A stretch of DNA of 64,000 nt, taken from Octopus sinensis (Eukaryota). Within the stretch, counting starts at the first letter, position 1; each line of letters opens with the position of its first letter. The notes below the pieces were generated by a model. The model was not told where the DNA came from. It did no database searches and was given only the letters and a program-made list of their open reading frames with translations. Positions 57,476 through 64,000 of this stretch are shown in pieces. Where the stretch lies: NCBI RefSeq assembly GCF_006345805.1, contig NC_042997.1:4278001-4342000 (forward strand). The letters run 5' to 3'. A program made the position numbers and the translations under genes.

Positions 57476-57665
57476 TAAAGTTAATCCAAATATGAAAATA
57501 CAAAGAGAAAACATAACAACGCTAGGACATGGAACAAGTATAGTGGTATTGGATGCTCAGGAAAGGAAAGAAAGAAGGAGGATTTCACGTTTCGAGCGGA
57601 GTTCTTCGTCAGAAACATAGGAAAAGGAAAGATCCAGGTAAGAGAAGACAGACGAAAAAAATCAC
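57476..57665 (-). repeat. Dispersed PLE-terminus-like repeat with a degenerate minimal HHR (57583-57615)
   Basis: Minus strand reads TTT-CTGACGA-AGAAC-TCC-GCTC-GAAAC-GTG-AAA. Core intact, but stem II has a mismatch and position 17 is G. Confidence 0.72.
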
Positions 57666-58469
57666 AAATCCGCGTAATATAGCGGTTTGTCAAAAAAATG
57701 GATAGAATACGTACTATGTTTTCCCCCAAACAAATTGTTCCCTTCGTTTGCAGTTCAAATGCTGCAACAAGTAAACGATATGAAAGAATAGTAAATGCGT
57801 CTCCATGCAGCAAAGGCTCAGAATGTATGTTGGTTAGTATAGAGTTAGAGAAACAGTATGCAATCGAACCACCTTTGTTTTGTTACCAAATGTAATTTGC
57901 AATGATAAATATCCTGTTTAGCCTATAAAAAACAGTATTCTTAAAATGCAATTACATTTTTACTGCTGTTGTGTTCATTACTATAAACTAGAGAGCAATA
58001 TCATAGTGAACATATGTGCGTGTGCGTGTTGTGTGTGAGCAGTAGGGTGAAATTGTGTGTAGGTGTGTTTAGCTCAGTTTAATTGCTTTTTAAAACATTG
58101 TCTACAATTGCGCAAATCCATTTAAATGTATTTTATAGCAGGTTTTATAGTTTTATAGAGGTAAATGATCTCTTCTATCATAATTGATTTTATAGACAAT
58201 TGGTTCCACTAACTATCATATTTATAGCGAATCCATACTATTAAACAATCTGATATAATTTGCATTTTTCTTGCCATCACAATATTCCTACATTGAAAAT
58301 GATTTTGACATAAAATACATGGATACACACAACTAGTAATTTGTTTAATCCGTTACTCTTTACACCAAGTAAGAAATCATTTTTGGAAGCTGCATTTATT
58401 TTAGGGCAATAGCCTGCAAACTGTTGCATTTCCAGTGCAAAATTTCTACACACGCAAACACACATACAA

Positions 58470-58700
58470 ATAATCCTGTGTGAGTGAGAGAGCAGACAAA
58501 GAAGCCTGGGTTGTAAAATACATTAAGTCAAATCCAAAAGATTTCGTTCATTATGCGAAAGAAACATCATTAGTACGCTGCAAGATAGGACCCCTCTTCC
58601 AAAAGGATGTCTCTCTCAGTCCAACCAGGGTCAGTGAGGTACTAAATGACCAGTTCAAAAGTGTTTTTACCACCCCGTTGGAACGCAGACAAGTGATGGA
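58470..58700 (+). mobile_element. CR1/L2-like LINE internal fragment (APE-RT linker)
   Basis: YIKSNPKDFVHYAK..IGPL..EVLNDQFKSVFT. Confidence 0.7.
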
Positions 58701-58755
58701 AACGTATTATAAATGATATTGTTTACATTACTTTCGCAAAGTTTTAATATATATA

Positions 58756-58810
<55 letters not shown>

Positions 58811-59010
58811 CATATATATATATATGTGTGTGTGTGTGTGCGTGTTCGCGTGTGTCTGTATGTATGTATGTATTGTATATAGTGGAATCACCGTAGGAAT
58901 ACACAAATTTCATGTACCATTCTAGTAAAAATTCTACCATCCAAAGCAGAATTTTTCCTTACAAATAAATATTCAGTATGTTGATCAACTGATAAGCCAA
59001 TAAATTAAGA

Positions 59011-59630
59011 GGGCACCAAACTGGCAGAAACATTGGTGCACCGGGCAAAATGCTTAGCCGTATTTCGTCAGCCGTTACGTTCCGAGTTCAAATTCCGCCG
59101 ACGTCGACTTTTCCTTTCATCCTTTCGGGGTCGATAAATTAAGTACCAGTTACGCACTGGGACTAATGTAATCGACTTAACACATCTGGCAGTCCTTGTT
59201 TGTCTCCTCCGTGTTTATCCCCTTGTGGGTAGTAAAGAAATAAGTATTTCATCTGTCTGAAAGTTCTGAGTTCAAATTCGACCGAGGTCCAATTTTCTTT
59301 CATCCTTTCGGGGTCGATAAATTAAGTACCAGTTTTATGCTGTAATCGAACTAATCGACTGGTCCCCCTCCCAAAAATTCGGGCCTTGTGACTAGAGTAG
59401 AAAATAATTTTTTTTTTAAGGCGGCGAGCTAGCGGAAACGTTATTATACGGGGCGAAATACTTAGCGGTATTTTGTCTGTCTTGACGTTCTGAGTTTAAA
59501 GTCCGCCGAGGTCGACATTGCTTTTAGCTTTTCGGGGTCGATAAATTAAGTACCACTTGCGTACTGGTGTCGGTCTCATCGACTAGCACTCTCTCCAAAC
59601 ATTTCGGGCAATGCGCTTAGAGTAGGAAAT
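59011..59630 (+). mobile_element. Three head-to-tail tRNA-derived SINE copies (59011-59242, headless 59243-59405, 59420-59630)
   Basis: Repeated B box GAGTTCAAAT and block CCTTTCGGGGTCGATAAATTAAGTACCA x3. Resembles octopod OK/OR-type SINEs (from recall). Confidence 0.85.
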
Positions 59631-60999
59631 ATATATTGTTAATTAACTGTTTACTTAATCTTTCGAGCATTAACTGTTTACTTTGGTAATGCAATGATTA
59701 GAAATTATCATTAATGAATTGCTAATAATATAAAAGGCACTATTCGATGCCTGTCTGACGTACTTAGGCATAATTTCTTTCGAATCAGTTAAATAAGTGA
59801 GTGCACATAAGAAATTCCATTTTCTATGAAAACAAGCAATACACTTAGAGCGGGAATTAGCACGAAAATATCAATTAAATTGGTATAAACATATTTATAG
59901 TAGGTATCATTGATACCGTTTTTTTTAGAAATACGTATATTTCACAAGTAGTGTTGTACTTCAATCTCACTTTTTTTAATTACAGACTTTCATAGATGAG
60001 TGAAGAAAGATTTGGTGATGGCTGTATACTTTGATATTCATTCTATATGAAATGGTTTGTCTGTTACCATACTGCTTGGATTTGTGTGTTTCCTAATTTT
60101 TCATTGAAACATAGACGATGTGTTCAATATAATGCCGACCACAACATCGTGGGACGAAGAAACGACGCCATCATTAAGATTCCCAATAGAGCGATGAACG
60201 GATTTGTAAGCAACATTTTAGTATTACCGTTGAATAATTATACTCTGAAGCGTATTTCAATTAATGAAAAATGCGATAGGAAACTTTAGAGAGTATTTCG
60301 TTTTTGGATTTTGTTTGCAAGATTCTTTATATGAGTCCGTGTATTGAAGCATATTCTGTTGTGTCAGGAGAGCGTTCTTCTCTTTAATGCCTTATACACA
60401 CTCACTGGTAAAATTTCCACCCATTTTCATTTTTACTTTTCTAAAATTGTCGATTCACCTTGCAAACTTTTCAATAGCTTTTGAATCCGTCCGTTAGTCA
60501 AGCTGCGTTCTTATTGTTTGTTTGTGCGCATGGGCGTAGAACAGTGTGTGCGAATACACACGTATTTATGTATGTACGTATATATGAATGAATGTATGTA
60601 TGCAGGCATGCTTGTAAGTGTGTCTATGCATTTATGTAATGTTTGTGTGGATATGTATATATGTATGTGTGTACGTGTGTCTCAATATGTGTCCTTGTGT
60701 GAAGTGAAGTGTGCGTGTATATGGTCATGTGTTTCAGCCTTCGTTTGTATATGTGTATGTATGTGTGCTTCTCTGGTCATATAAGCTATGTACTTATCTG
60801 TCTGTATGTCTATTGCTTACTTTCATATCCACATGCCTACATACATGAGCATATACAAATACATTTACAGACACATACATACATCTATCTACATAACGGC
60901 CCACTAACTATTCTACCTGTATATAATTATAAACATTGGGTATAGGTGTGTGATTATGTACTACGTATATTTTCTATTTAGTACTGCAGATGTTTCATT

Positions 61000-62100
61000 T
61001 ATGAGGACCTACTCATCGTATTTGTCTGAGTGTTGGGTCATTTACATGTTTGGATAAAATGCGGATATCAAATTGATCCAAGTTGCCTCCATGTTGGTCC
61101 TTGGCATGTTGGTAGAGAATTTTGGACTGTTTTTTTGTCGTCATATAGTCTCAAATGTTCGCTTTGTCTTTGCGCAATGCTCCTAGATATATCCCCTATG
61201 TTTGTTATGTCCCTGTCTTTACAAGCACCATTTATGCATCTTAAGCTGTAGACTACATTTCTAGTTCAACAGTTGATGACAGGGCTAATCCTACACGCCA
61301 TGTAGTTATCTTTGGTGCATATGGTATTTTCAAAGGTGTACATCCTACATAGTTGTGATCGTAATGTTGAATTTGGTCTACTCCAGAGCTTTCCCAAATA
61401 TCCGGGCTATTTCGCCATGGGCGGTGGCCTCTATAAACATCATTCTTTGATATTTGTCTATTTTATACAACGCGTTCACCCTGTTTGCTTTATCAGAAGC
61501 TCTTTGTATCTTATTCCAGTCTTTGCTTCTCTATCTAGGCCAGGTACCCCTGGTATTATTACATATAATGTTGTCTAACTTCTTTCTAACACCCCTGTAT
61601 ACTTGAACACTATCTTTCTTATCATATCGAGAGAATTGCATGTACAGAAACATGAAGTTCTCTACATGTTTCTTCGTTTCATATTGTTTGCATAGTGGGA
61701 ATATGTTATTCTTTATCTTAAGTCTGCTATCAGTATGTTAATTTTCATGTTGTGTGACAATGCTGAGTTATGTGAACAACATATTTCGAAGCTATCGTTT
61801 TCATATAATAGGAGTGGAGGAGTGGCATTCTGTTCTTCACAGTCCCTAAACAAAATTCAGTATCAAGGACGGAGAGTCTATTATTATGGTGCCTAGTGGG
61901 GTAATCTATAGTTACCTTGATACTTTGGTGGATGGAATTAGCTAATTGCTGGATGCTCTCCATTGTGTTCCTCTCAGTTTCTACGTTACTGTTACTAGAG
62001 TTGGTCGTGACTATGATATTAATGTCATCTACGTACCTTCTGTATCGTAAAATAATTGTGAAATTTTCTGCTCAGGGTTAGTTACGTATAAGAGGCGTGC
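61000..62100 (-). pseudogene. Decayed PLE (RT YxDD to GIY-YIG)
   Basis: YRRYVDDINII, ANSIHQSIKVTIDYP..RLSVLD, and NVVYSLRCINGAC..IGDISRSIAQRQSEH..DPTLRQI. Confidence 0.8.
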
Positions 62101-64000
62101 TATGGTGTGAAACTTAGATTATGTATGTCTACACGATATTCGTATTTTACTTAATTTTTTATTGTAGGCAACAATTTAGAAACATAATGTCATACACACA
62201 CTAACAGACACATACATAAATATATGTTTGTGTACGTTTGTGTGTCTGTGTGTTTTTGCGAGTATGTTTATGTGTGCGTGTGCGTGCGCCCGTGTGCATG
62301 CATAATGAACATGGGATTACTTTGGTGGGAATATCTTTTACATTCCGAAGAATGAATATAGCATAGATATAGATGTCTCAGATACAAACACCAATACAAG
62401 CTGCACATTTATCGATAATCTATTTCATATTGAGTGTTAAATTCGAATTGTCAAAATGAGTCATGTCTCTTTGTTATTTGAAGTATTGTCGCAGAATTAT
62501 CTTATGGCACGGAAGTATGTGTCATAGTTTATTTTAATTTAAAATATGATACCTAATTATTAGGTTACTTTAATATACTGATAAGGGTCACGCCTGCCCT
62601 GGTTTCAAATTATTAAATAATATATTGCTTAACAGGGTAGCTAATTAATTACAGTTTACCATTTTAGTACTACCAATATTTACTCAAGCATCATATAATA
62701 TGCTGATTGCAGATTCAAGCGTTGGAATTGGAAATGTTACTACCATTTAAATGTTTGAATCCAGGCAGTTTGAAAATCAGTTTATATAACGGCAGCAAAT
62801 AAATTCCTGATCCATTGATGTGTTTATGTAATGAATAAAAAATTTTATTCTATGTTTGTTCTCTTCACATCGCAAATGTCCACATCTACAAAAATAGGTT
62901 CAAATATAAAAATCTACGATAACCGTTTGATCTTTATCATTATCAGCTATGAAAAGAGTATCACACAGTTTCAAAGGAATTGACTATGCATATATCTCAT
63001 TCTGTAACTTGTAGATCCGCTTTAAACTCCTACCCCTAAAATTTCTCAAGTTATTTTTTGAATAACTCATACATTACCTTGAAATAAAGATAAATACGTA
63101 ACAGTTTAGTGATAAATCCAAACTCGCTGTATTGTTAACCGTTTGAATCTGAAATCACACTGCTTAACCACAAGAAAGCATGTAACATCTTGTTCTAACT
63201 GTGATGCATATGGGTGTACATGCAACTTGTCTCAAACAAAAAGCAATGGCCGTTCTTGAAAGCGTCACTTTCATTAATTCCCAAACGAGGTTTGGATTTT
63301 ATTTCAGTTCAATTTATCAGATTTTCTTGACCGATTGAATCTGTTTTGGGGTAATAATAAAAATCATTACTTTGCACCTAATTTTGCAAAAACTGACTTC
63401 TCATGGTGTTTAACATACTGTCATCATCACGTTTAATATCAATAAAAATTGTTGTAATTGAATAATTCAATTATGATTTAAATCTCCATTCGTTCCTGAT
63501 AGGGAGTTTTGCAATTGTCACAGTTATACATAAATGATTGCATATTATTCATTAGGTAAAAAAAGCTATGTTATACGGTTTTCAGCGAAGAAGACTGAGA
63601 GAAATTTAGGCATCATGCAACCATATTAATTTTTCTTCTAAATCATTTGTTTCCATCATTTTCCATTCTTTGGCAGAAGGAAATGCAGTTTAGAGTCACA
63701 TTGCATTGGAAGCAGCTATCCAAGACTGGATAACAGCTTCCAATTATATTAGTTTGAAACCACAAACTAGAAGCGAATCCCGTTTAACTTAGCTGAAAGG
63801 TTTAAGCTGACAGTTCATTGCAGGAATTCCAATAATTCAGTGCAGCGTACTTTATTATGTTCCACGAAATATAGAACTCAACTTTTTCTCCTCCAATCTT
63901 TTTCAGTGAGCGATATAATCTAAGCTTTATCACGCCTCTTAGAAGATTGAACATGATTATATACGCTGCGCTGAGATTCATTTCTGTTTGCGCCAATTTC

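Overview
This is AT-rich, microsatellite-dense eukaryotic DNA with no recognisable host protein-coding exon. The SINE families and repeat landscape suggest an octopod cephalopod (inferred from recall, not searched). Almost all interpretable sequence is transposon-derived: Penelope-like elements (PLEs; one young copy with RT + GIY-YIG and an inverted terminal repeat, plus several relics), R4/Dong-like RLE LINE pieces nested in (TAA)n, CR1/L2-like LINE pieces, tRNA-derived SINEs, a Gypsy pol relic, an IR/DR Tc1, mariner relics, MITEs and a foldback DNA transposon with an 8-bp TSD. The main discovery is a set of hammerhead ribozymes (HHRs). A 4.3-copy tandem array of a ~400-bp unit (19580-21300) carries a canonical type I HHR core in every unit, which is the architecture of a non-LTR retrozyme expected to yield ~400-nt monomeric or circular RNA. 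A second intact HHR family sits at both outer ends of a ~6-kb inverted repeat (24.0-30.1 kb), and a third, decayed family is dispersed. Most ORFs in the supplied track are microsatellite artefacts. Coordinates of decayed relics are approximate.
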